64,000 bases of DNA from Amphiscolops sp. MND2022 (taxonomy: Eukaryota): the NCBI GenBank assembly GCA_964187785.1, contig OZ076410.1, positions 91,326,001-91,390,000 on the forward strand, read 5' to 3'. Of this stretch, positions 1-10,226 are shown piece by piece. The translations under genes were made by a program, and so were the position numbers. How positions within the stretch are numbered: position 1 is the first letter of the stretch; each line of letters starts with the position of its first letter. The notes beneath the pieces were generated by a model. It was not told the DNA's origin. It saw only the letters and a program-made list of their open reading frames with translations, and searched no databases.

Positions 1-559
1 GAATCTGCTCAACTCGAATCAGTGTGAAGTTGGTTATATTTTGATTGAGACAAATGCCGAAGAAATTGAATGAGATGAGGAAAACCAGGGCCGCATATGT
101 GGTAAAGGAGTCAGAAACGGATTAAAACATTGAAAACAAATTATACTTTTTGTCATTTGATCATTAGTGAACTAATTTTGGCTATTTTTTCAGATCCTAG
201 TCATTACGATTTTGGAGTCATTGCGCACACAGTAGCACCTTTGGGTGGAGTGACTGTGCTAACTTTTGTAAATCGTATGGACAGTTTTTGAGAAATTTTA
301 AACTTCCATTGAAAGGTCGGGAGAAAAACGTTCGTGTGCATAAGTAGTGCAAAAGTTAGTGGATAAACGAAAAAGAAACGTTACATTGCACTGTTATGGT
401 CTGCTGTTCTCAGGTTTTAAAAACTGAAAAAATGGAGCAAAATAGGAAAGAACTAAAGCGCAGTTTTTGAAATTGCGTAGGACGTTTTCATGAAAACTCC
501 TGTTTTCGAACCTCCGCCTCATCCTTAACTAAAACGCAATACAGTTCGGATATAACGTC

Positions 560-769
560 TAAAATCTAAAACGTCAATAAAATCGAAGGAACCTTTCGAG
601 ATGAAAGAATTTTCGAAGCCGCACAGTGCCGAAAACAATTGAAAGGGGGGACCCTTCAGTCTCGTCCGATTTTGTATGTTACGATTACGTTCGAGTCTGC
701 TTAAAAAAATTTAAGAAACGAGTGACTGTAATAGTCGGGCTCTCTTATTCTAAAAGCGCCGACTAAAAA
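560..769 (+). repeat. Dispersed non-autonomous repeat fragment ending in a TAGTCGG...CCGACTA stem and AAGCGCCGACTAAAAA
   Basis: The terminal AAAAGCGCCGACTAAAAA recurs on the minus strand at about 41255-41275. The internal GAAAGGGG.AC...TTGTATGTTACG resembles 55660-55710 (minus). The left boundary is approximate. Confidence 0.5.
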
Positions 770-904
770 CCGACATCGTGCATCATGCAACACAGAGATG
801 CCAGTGATCAACTTGCGAAACAGCCGTTGGGAGCAGAAAGATCACTACAGCCCAACAACAGAAAACAGCATTGAGATCCTAAAGTCAACTTGAAAGACCT
901 CGAT

Positions 905-1190
905 CAAACTCCACAGCCAAGTTGTTTATTGCATCTAGTGTTCTGCATGCAACTGCAGCTATGCCTGTCAGACCACACTCTGCAATACGACTATTTGAGA
1001 ATTCTTGGTTTCTTGTCATGTCGGTTCTCACCTCTTAGACTGTGGCCAATCTAAAGAAAATTCAACCATAGAAACTCTTGACAAGAGCAACATTCACACA
1101 AAATTTTTGACTCTTGAAGCCCTCTGTATCTCAAAAATACAACCCTCCATCAATCAGGAGGGCTATAGGTCACGGGAACTCATCCCCACG
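905..1190 (+). mobile_element. Penelope-like element remnant (degenerate GIY-YIG endonuclease C-terminus)
   Basis: Reading upstream of ORF 1005-1223 in frame gives VVYCI*CSACNCSYACQT...HVGSHLLDC...FLTLEALCISKIQPSINQEGYRSREL. This matches the VVY-x-C-x2-C-x3-Y-x-GQT...LEAL-x-I...P-x-LN pattern of PLE endonucleases, with in-frame stops at 936 and 996. Confidence 0.65.
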
Positions 1191-2089
1191 GTATCAAGCC
1201 TTTCATATGCTATTTTTGTCTAGATAACCACACTTCATGGTGCTAAAAAGTCTCAGTCTCTTATTCCACCTTTTTGGTGTACACGTTTAAACCCATATTG
1301 GGTGTCTCATGATGACTTTCATTGTCGAAAAATTTCAGCAACTTATCTTTGATTCCTTCATTTCCCATCTTATCTCAAGGTTTTTCTTTCGGTTGGGACC
1401 TTTGCCAAAAAATGGAGTGAAAGCATTATTGAGAAAAATGCTTCTGAAAAATGTCAGAATTAGACATGAATTATTTTCCTCTATATAACTTCTTTTCTCC
1501 ACAACAAAACGCGATAATAACAAAACGCGAGTCGACTCATGATAAAAATCTTTCACAAAAGTTCCGCACCTATTTATGAGCATTTTACGAGCGGCGTCGA
1601 CTTGAGCCGTTCCTAACTTCAATACTCGAGTAACTTTAACAAGCCGGGAACGTCATAAATTGCCGCCCGCCTGAGGCTTGAAAAGCGCAGTTCCACGTCG
1701 CCCAGGAAGTTTTTTGGAAATCGGAAAAAAAGCCTTAGGGCTTCAGAAAACTTTTAACTTAGAATATGGGGGCTTGAAAGCTTTTGTCCCATTTAGATTT
1801 TGGGCTCATAATGGTCACTTCGACTGAAAAAAAAAACGACAAAACGCAACTTATATAATAGCCGTGTCGTGTTTTGCATTTTGATGCTTCCAAAAGAAGG
1901 AAGTGAAAGATTCTGGTTTTTGAACAAAAGGACCCTGCGGAGCACAGTATTATTTCTGCTTTTAAGCTAAAAAAAACACTGAATTTCCTTTTCAAATAAA
2001 ACGCTATCGTTGAATTATTAAAGGCAGTGTACAAGACTAAAACAAGTTAATGTTAAAATGAAAGTACATAATAATAAGTTGGTGTAACA

Positions 2090-5000
2090 TTAAAATCGAT
2101 AATCTCTCCAACACTTCTTCCTATATTCTGGATGCTCTATTTCATGGGCTATTTTACCAATAAAGTATCGTTTCAGTTTACTTTTAATAGTTTCGATAGA
2201 ATATTTTTCCTTGAATAACATTAGTGGTAGGCTGTTCCACAAGGGTATAATTCTCATGAAGAAACTATTTTTCATGAAAGCACTTTTTTGCTGGACAATC
2301 GCAACTAATTTCCTTTGTCCGTGACTGCGTTTTTATCAGAGCAGTTGTTATTTTATTTGAGCTCTTAAAAGCAGGTAGTAGGTTATTCTGATATTTCCAG
2401 AAGTAGGTGACTGCTTTTAGATCTAAAAGAATTCTGATCGGAAAAATATTGTGCTTTATTTTTAGATCACTAGAGGAATCATATTTCCTTCGGTTGAAAC
2501 AAGCTTTCACACCCCAATTTAGTTGTTTCTCTAGGGTTGTAATTAAATTTTGTGAAATTCCATTAAGTAGTAATGCTGGATAATGTATATGGCTAATAAC
2601 AAGAGAGTTGAGTAGCATTAAACATGTTTTATCTGGTAGAAACGATTTCACTGAGTATAAAGTTTTAATACCACATGCCATTTTCTTTAAAAAATTTTTC
2701 ACTTCATACTCATATGTCAAATTTTGATCTAAGTATATTCCAAGGTATTTCACAAACGAGGAATGTTTTGTCATATGATTTCTAACACGAAATGTTAGGT
2801 TTTTTGTAGAATTGTTTTTAGATCTTTTACAGAAAACAATGAATTCAGTTTTACTCTCGTTGAGGTTTAATCGATGCTTTTCAAAGTAGTCAACTAAGTT
2901 GGCAGCATTAGTTTCAAGTTGACTTACAGCAGTATTGAGACATTCATTGGAGACAAACAGAAAAGTCATCTGCATATTGAACCAATTCACATGGTTCTTG
3001 GATTGCACTCTGCATACTATTAACATATAGATTAAATAGGAGAGGACCGAGAATAGTACCTTGTGGAACACCCTGGTATAAGTCAATCCAATCAGATGAT
3101 GTAATTTGGATAACAACTTTTTGCGTTCTGTTACTCAGGTAGCTTCCAATTAAAGAAAGAGCTATCTGATCGAATCCTAAATTTTCGAGCTTTTCCAATA
3201 GAATTTCATGGGAGATGGAATCGAAAGCTTTAGATAAATCAAGAAAGGCCGCAGCTACCATTTTGTTGTTATCAATATCAGATCTTATTTTTTCCGTAGC
3301 ATACAAAAGAGCATCTGTTGTCGAGTACTTTGCTCTGAAACCAAATTGAATTTGGCTTAGTAAATTATTTCTTTCGAGATGTTCTAGGATTTGATTGCAA
3401 ATTAATTTTTCAAAAACTTTCGATAAGGCTGAAGTTATTGATATAGGTCTATAATTGTTTGGTTCTTCCGCGTCACCATTTTTGTATATTGGTACTACAT
3501 GAGCTCTTTTAAGATGATTTGGAAATTTTCCCTGTTCAAGAAACGCATTTATGAGGAATGTGAGTGGTTCAGCAATGACGTTTAGAGAGTCTTTAAGCGC
3601 CCATGCAGGTATATTAGATGGTCCAAGTGGTTTCTTTGTGTTTAAGCTCCTCACTATTTTTTTGCATTCATACAGAGTTATCGGATGAAAACTGAATTTT
3701 GCGAAGTTTGGGATCGAAGAAATATTAAACGTTTCTTCTTTGAAAAATTTGCATTGCCCAATAAAATCGCCCAGTTTTGAAAATCTGTAATTGAGGAGGT
3801 TTGCTACTTTCTTTTGATCTGTAACATAATCTCCAAAAACATTTTTTAAAGATGGGATGACAGTTTTTGTTCTCAGCGAGTTCCGTGCCTCATTTATGTA
3901 GTTCCATTTTTCTCGTTCATTAGTTAATTCGAGGAAATATTTAGATTTATTCTCATCGCGATCTAAATTAAGATTACGAATAAACTGCTGTTGAATGTCT
4001 TCGTATTTTAAGTCATTTGGATTCATATCTTGCTTAATTTTGTTATAAAGACGTTTGGTCTCAGAGGAAACCCACTTCTGATGAATGGTTAGATTACTCT
4101 TATCATTGCGGATAAAAACTTTCTTTTTTTGATATCGATTTACGCAAGGAATTTTCAATAAAACTCGTTAGTATTGTGAACATTCCCTCAGGACACGTTT
4201 GTCCATAAAAGTATTTCCAGTTACAATTACCCAGTATGTTTTGAAAAGATTCTTTTTTGTAAGACTTTTTATCGTAGATTTCTTTCATGAAAACTTTGGC
4301 GAGGGTTGCAAATTGATATTACTAATTACAGAAGTCGCAAAATGATCGATTGGTTTATTAGCTGATGTACGGAACGGGGTGTCAGATACAAATGATGAAA
4401 AGGAATGAGCATTATAGTGATCCGTGATAATGTAATCTATCAATGACCCCGATTTATTGCTTATTCTGGTTGGTTGATCAGTATTGATTGTTGTTAACCC
4501 ATAGGGCAATATAACAGTCTCAAGATCTTCTTTTTCTCTTTGGTTCAGATAATTTATGTTGTAATCGCCCATCATTGTCAGTGGTTTATTTTCGACAATT
4601 GCATGATCAATACTTATGGATAACTCTTCAAGAAATTGATGGTAATGTTTTTTTTCGGATTGTAGCTAATATTTATCAACTGCTTCTTCTTGTTGGAAGT
4701 ACTATTATTCAAGCTGCATTCGATCCAGAGACTTTCAAAAAGTTCTTTATTCAAATAGTTTAAATCGTTCCGCGTTTTGGGATTAAGGCATGCAGGAATT
4801 ATTAGCATTACTCCTCCACCATTTTCTCTATTTGGTGCTTCTCTATCAGTCCGAAATGTTTTGAAATGAGTTGGGTTTATTTGCCATAATTTCTTGTCAT
4901 CACTGGTTTTTAGCCATGATTCTGAAAAACCAAAAAAGGTGTTTGCTCCAAGATCGTTGATGAGATTTTCGAGTGTCGATCTTTTTTTAAGTAAACTTTG

Positions 5001-5391
5001 TGCATTTAGGTGGAAAAACTTCAAACTCCTATTATTCTTCTTGAACAAGGTTGTTAAATACTTGAAGTTTATTAGTGGTCCTGGATTTATTTCAATGTCG
5101 CCGCTCAAAGAGAGTTTCCATTGAAAAAACATGTTGAAAGTGGTTCGCAATCTTAAAAAACTAGGCTCACCAATTGATGCATGTTTCAAATTATTCCAAA
5201 AGAGGAATATTTTTTTGATCAGTGGAGAGATTACGATTAAAAAAATGATTAGGCTCAAAATGTTTGCACTTGGATTTTAGTTCGTATCTCATTGGGGATC
5301 GTCCATTCATTGGTTGCACAGGCATTTCTTTTGATACTAAGAAATTAAGTATTAGACCAAAAAGAATGAAAAACTTTAGGCTTTTTTTCAT
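2090..5391 (-). pseudogene. LINE ORF2 (leader, 2A-like motif, APE endonuclease, reverse transcriptase), broken by at least 5 frameshifts
   Basis: Motifs seen: GDIEINPGP; FFHLNAQS; FGFSESWL; GGGV; MGDYNIN; IDYIITD; YRPISI; QFGFR; DLSKAFD; GVPQGTILGPLLF; QYADD; KYLGIYLD; IIPLWNSLP. Confidence 0.9.
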
Positions 5392-5450
5392 TTTTTAAGG
5401 TTAGGAATGCCCGTGCTCCGATTGAAGTTGAACATCATTCAATTCAGTTA

Positions 5451-6404
5451 TCACGCGTCGCCCATATAGTGGAATGTAGTCAGTGGCTGATGATGATAGT
5501 ATTGATATTGATTCCTGTGTGTATATTTCGGGTACTTTGTATTTTGTCTCCAATAACTTGAATTTGGACGATAGTAGGTTGTATTGATTCGGGGCAGATT
5601 ATTAGAATACCAGGTGATGTATTTCATTAAGCTATTTCGTATTAGCGGTAAGCCCAACTGGAAGTTGAAATGAATGTCATCGAAGTATAAAGTTTCCGGA
5701 TTTTTGAAGGACTTTACTTGCTTGTTCAGATCAATTATTTGAATATTTTCACCATCTCCATAATGCTCATGTAATAAGTTGTTCCACTCCTCAATTCTAC
5801 AATTAGCGATTTTGTTCCTCTCATAAATTCGCAGTGGTGGAGTCTCGCACAGGAATAATTTTTTCGGCTCGAATTTCCGGATGGCTTCTGACACAAGAGC
5901 TTGGAAGTTTTCGAATAGTTCTGAGACATTCTTCTCCCGATTTTTGAGAATTGTATTTGTTCCGTCTTGAATAGTCAAAGATTGCAAAGGCCTTTTCACG
6001 CTATAATGGCGTAGCAGTTCAAGTTTCTGACTACTAGTAGAGCCCGAATAAGCATGAATTTCTACATCTTCGGGCAAGGACTTATTGGGTATTCGTTTTA
6101 TGATACTTGAACCAAGTATCAAATTTTCAGTACTGCTGTTGACTGGCAGGGAGTTCATTGGTTTTACTAACTGTTTTGCTGACTGTTCTTTTCGGTCTGG
6201 TCTTTTGTCTTCATAGGGTTCTTTATTCTCTGTAGAAAAATTGAAATTTTTAACTAACAATTTGTTGGTGTCGTCCATTCTGGCTAACAATTGGGTAAGT
6301 AGCATCTTCAGGGAATCGTGCTCGTTTTTTTGCTGATAAAGGTCGGTGTAAATCGAATATGATTCTTTTTTATTTAATTTCTCATAGGTTTCAAAAGATA
6401 ACAT
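5451..6404 (-). CDS. LINE ORF1p with SGNH/GDSL esterase domain
   Basis: Intact 317-aa ORF. A coiled-coil-like N-terminus is followed by SGNH blocks: LILGSS (I), YSGS (II), QDGTNT (III) and YFDDIH (V, DxxH). Confidence 0.8.
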   Translation of the reverse strand: MLSFETYEKLNKKESYSIYTDLYQQKNEHDSLKMLLTQLLARMDDTNKLLVKNFNFSTENKEPYEDKRPDRKEQSAKQLVKPMNSLPVNSSTENLILGSSIIKRIPNKSLPEDVEIHAYSGSTSSQKLELLRHYSVKRPLQSLTIQDGTNTILKNREKNVSELFENFQALVSEAIRKFEPKKLFLCETPPLRIYERNKIANCRIEEWNNLLHEHYGDGENIQIIDLNKQVKSFKNPETLYFDDIHFNFQLGLPLIRNSLMKYITWYSNNLPRINTTYYRPNSSYWRQNTKYPKYTHRNQYQYYHHQPLTTFHYMGDA

Positions 6405-7517
6405 TGTCGATAACTGTTGTGATGATTGTTCGTTTCAAAGCACAGGCTCAATGTTTTATTTTTGCATGAAAAACTTTAGATGCGACTGTGTGCAAACAAA
6501 TCAAACGCGGTATGAATTTTTGAAGCTTTCAATTTCAATAATAGAAGTATGCATAGAATAACTAAACACTCCTGTTTAATCATTATATAGCGCACAATTA
6601 TTCACTGTATCAGTTTACACCGCCTTTAATTCATCTCGGACTAAAGAAAATATAACTACTAAGCGTAAACGAAGTTTCGTATTCACATTTGAATGCAAGC
6701 GAAGCTCTCGGTGAACGAATAATTAACACTCTTTCGCTTCATCTCAATGAATTCGGCGTACGAATGCATAATTACCACTCGCTTGTTTTATCGCACGAGA
6801 AACGAATTGTCGTCGACAGCTTGAGAAATTTATATCTCACGCTTATACTCACTGCCGAACAAAATACCTGAATTGTTCAGTAGGTATTCGGATCGCTTAC
6901 AAAAATTGGCTGAAAAAAGATGCTTTTTCAGATTTCCATATTATTGCTGCTATCGCAGAAATAATAAAAAGTGGACAAGTGCACAATCTGGAGCAAAATG
7001 CAACCAAGATCCGAGCATTTGCAGTCGAAAAGCAGGTACAGCGATATTGATTCTCGAACACGTATACGAATCAAATTTTTGTCCAAAAATGTTTTTGATG
7101 CCAAAATTTGTTGTTTCAGTCTACTTTTGGTTCTTTTCTGTTTTCCCCCCACCGCCTATTTTTTGATTTTTTTTTGTGAAAATATTAAATTAGAAAGACT
7201 TAGAGCTAAAAGAAATGCCCTAACTTTTATATTTATCCTCAGCATGACAGCTCAGAATTCAGATACAAATTTTGTTCACGCCATTTTTCCTTATGAAGTC
7301 ACGCATTCTTGATGAACACTACTTAATAGCTTCCTGTTGTGAGTCAGGAAAAACAGCTAACTTTCAGCATATTCACAGTCAAAATGTGTTTAAAATGTTT
7401 TGTTCAAACAAAAACTATTCCAATAAAAGTTAACTTGCTGTTATTGGTAAAATTTCACTTCGGATTCAATCAGTTTGAAAATTTTATTGTACATTTCCCT
7501 CAAAAAATTTTGATGTT

Positions 7518-7531
7518 GGGGGGGGGGGGGG
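7518..7531 (+). repeat. Poly-G tract (14 nt)
   Basis: Read directly from the sequence. Confidence 0.9.
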
Positions 7532-7761
7532 TTTGACAGAAGAAAGTCCTACTTTTCAATCAATTGAACCCCATTTAGCAATCAAAGACTTTCCTTTATC
7601 AACAAAATATATATTCTGCGTACGACTCATGTTTTTTTTACAAAACTACTCGTGTTTGTCAATTCTTACCTTTGATACTTCATATCGCTCTAAAACATCG
7701 GAGTTATGGATAACTTCTGGGTTTTTTCTTAGAAAAAATAATTGCACGAAACTCTAATTAC

Positions 7762-9282
7762 CTGGCATGAGTGGTTTCTTGAAGGGTACCACTTTCGTCC
7801 CTAGAACATGGTACATTTTTGAAGTACCGACAGGTCTAACAGATTTCTCCACTTGGAGGGAAAAGATGGAAATTAATACTACAAATTGAATGAAATTAAC
7901 CAAATACTAAACTAAATTCAGCGAAAGTAATAGTAATATATTATGTATGTATCAATGTTACCTGCTGATTTATATACTTCACTCACTGAAAGAAAAATCG
8001 ATTAGACCATTTCTGATTGATCCACGGGAAATAAAAACATAAGCACAGATAAAACATGTTCTTTCATTGATGAAAACTTCTGATAGGCTTATGAAAAACT
8101 GATCTCTCATTGGCTATTTTGGATTTTAAAATCAACCAATCAGAATTGTCTAAATCGATGAAATTCACGACGACACAGCCCCAACTTGGTGGTGGAATAT
8201 TGAACACGCTTATTACTCTCACTGACGTAAAAAGAACCGAAGAAATATCACCGCATCTTTTCTCAACACCCATTCAAAATATTTCACTGTATTCGAACTA
8301 AGTTGAATAGCATGAAAAGAAACGGACACTTGTAATGAACATTTTATAATTAATTACAAAATTTTTGGAAGATAAATTGAGAAAAGAACTTTTACAAGAT
8401 GGACAGCAATCAACATTTCAACTAGAGAAAAAACCCACAACTAATAGCGCACTCAGGAAATGAGACACATTTTCAACTCATCAGCAACTATTCCAAAGTT
8501 TTTCCTATCAAGTTTGCAAAACCAAACTGCACTCGTTGAAAAACATGAGGAAAAATTTTGAAGTGTTTATCAAAGTTGGAATAGCTGAAGCTTGTATCGA
8601 TTCGGCAGGAAACCACATTTTTCGTTGATTTTCCATTTTCATTCATTACTGTTGAATACCTGTATTTTCATTTTCTGCAAAATCCAAAAAATTATGAGTA
8701 CCTGTTTCAACTATGACTGTAAAATTCCAAGGGTAGAATCAGAGCGTTGACACCGCTAATTAGCGACCGGGCAGAAAATTTAGCGCTTGCATTAGCGATT
8801 CGAGTTAGCGGCAAGTAACAGCTTGTCTAAACACGAGTTTCATGATGAATTTCGAAAAAAATCCACATCTTACCCTTGTAAAACCCAATATGAACACAAT
8901 ATGTAAAACAGTAGTCTTTTGTTTTGCAAGAACTGAATTGAGTTATCATTTAAAACAAACTTAAAGTCAAACATTTAATAGTTTGAAGAAAAAGTTTCTA
9001 GGCGAAACAGCGATTTTAAAATTAGCGGTTTAGCGAAAGAAGTTAGCGATGTGAAAACCCTGGATGGAATACATTGTCTTTTTACCAAGTAAATAGTTTA
9101 TGAGCAGTACACTATCTAATCCTTTTAGTGGATGTTGGTATAACTTGGAAATAGTTGCTGGAAAGGCAGTTTGGTGTTTGCTGGTCGATTGTTGGAATCC
9201 CCCCCCCCCCCCCCCCGAAGACAAGAAAGACAGAGAACAGGAGGAGACTGGCGAATAGAAGACGACGACTAGTATTACTCAT
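7762..9282 (-). CDS. Candidate spliced host gene with signal-peptide-like first exon and small phase-1 exons (9282-9086, 8716-8660, 7985-7962, 7851-7762); product unknown
   Basis: ATG at 9282 gives MSNTSRRLLFASLLLFSVFLVFG. AG/GT-bounded, stop-free, phase 1-1 exons of 57, 24 and 90 nt read VIVETGTHNFLDFAENENT, VSEVYKSA and VEKSVRPVGTSKMYHVLGTKVVPFKKPLMP. Joining exon 1 to the 9085 donor needs a different poly-G length than assembled. Confidence 0.35.
8740..9062. mobile_element. hAT-like MITE
   Basis: Imperfect TIRs CAGAGCGTTGACACCGCTAA / CAGGGTTTTCACATCGCTAA (15/20), repeated TTAGCG units, and a degenerate 8-bp flank GGTAGAAT/GATGGAAT (6/8). Confidence 0.45.
9199..9216 (+). repeat. Poly-C tract (18 nt; poly-G on the minus strand)
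   Basis: Read directly from the sequence. Confidence 0.9.
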
Positions 9283-10226
9283 AAAAAACAATATAATAAT
9301 TCAATGGAAATGTTAGAAATTTTCAAAATTCTCAAATACTTTCACATTTACATTCCATCACTGAAACAGCATTAGACTAGTGAGTTGAAGACTTCACATT
9401 TTATCAAAACAATTGCCGCTTAACAGCGGCAGGTACGATTAAATGTAGATACGTGATGAATCATCATTGACTCAATCAATCCCAAAAAGCAAAATAACCC
9501 AAAACCTAGTCGAGTATCAACAATCCCAAGATATTTTATCAATCCAAAATAAAGACCATTTCAGTGATAAAGAATTGAAACGCGCGAAATTCGCGACGCA
9601 AGCTATGATGAAATATGCATGTCACTTTCAAACATTTGACGAAACTTCCAGAATTATAAAGAATTATATATGGCATTTTTTATCTTATTCAAACTCTTCA
9701 ATACAACGAAAAATTCAAGAATCAAACATTGCCTAGCGATTTGATATGAAACTTCTCGAAATTTAAAGAGACCAGATCAAAAAAAAATTCCCAAGAACTT
9801 CATAATTTCCGGACTCTCCAAATTTATATTACAATATTGTATGGTGAAATATTTCCCAGAAAAAATTATTGGATTTGAAGTCAATTGAGAAACGAAAGCC
9901 GACCTGATATAATATAAAACATTTGAAAATACACGAAAACTACGATTGCATTTAGTGAAGGTAATAAAACAGATGAGAATAAAGTTACACTATGTTAGAA
10001 ATTGTTAATACTTCACTTCGAAGAAGATTGAACTTAAGGCGGCGCCGAGTAACAACTATCATTAAAAACAGCTGCAAAATTAATACCACTTTTGTACACT
10101 TTGGAGGAAGGTTACCCATAAAATCTGTCAATGGCAATGTTAAACCAATGCACTTCTAGCGCAAGGCCATTAGCATTAAAAGAACAAGTAAAATTACTGC
10201 AAATATTCGAGAAATTCTGGAATTAA

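Larger units (their letters stand above)
2040..6500 (-). mobile_element. Near full-length L2/CR1-group LINE with esterase ORF1 and frameshifted ORF2
   Basis: ORF1 lies at 5451-6404 and ORF2 pieces (APE, RT, C-terminus) at 5391-2090. The ends are approximate and no TSD was identified. Confidence 0.9.

Noticed and set aside
1335-2034. ORFs 1335-1622 and 1759-2034
   Set aside because: No recognisable motifs; their length is compatible with chance.
7762-7851. Resemblance of PVGTSKMYHVLGTKVVPFKKPL to the DUSP11/capping-enzyme N-terminus
   Set aside because: No HCxxGxxR phosphatase motif or correctly ordered downstream exons were found.
8064-8273. ORF 8064-8273 as an exon of the candidate gene
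   Set aside because: It has a plausible acceptor but no good phase-1 donor to join the next exon.
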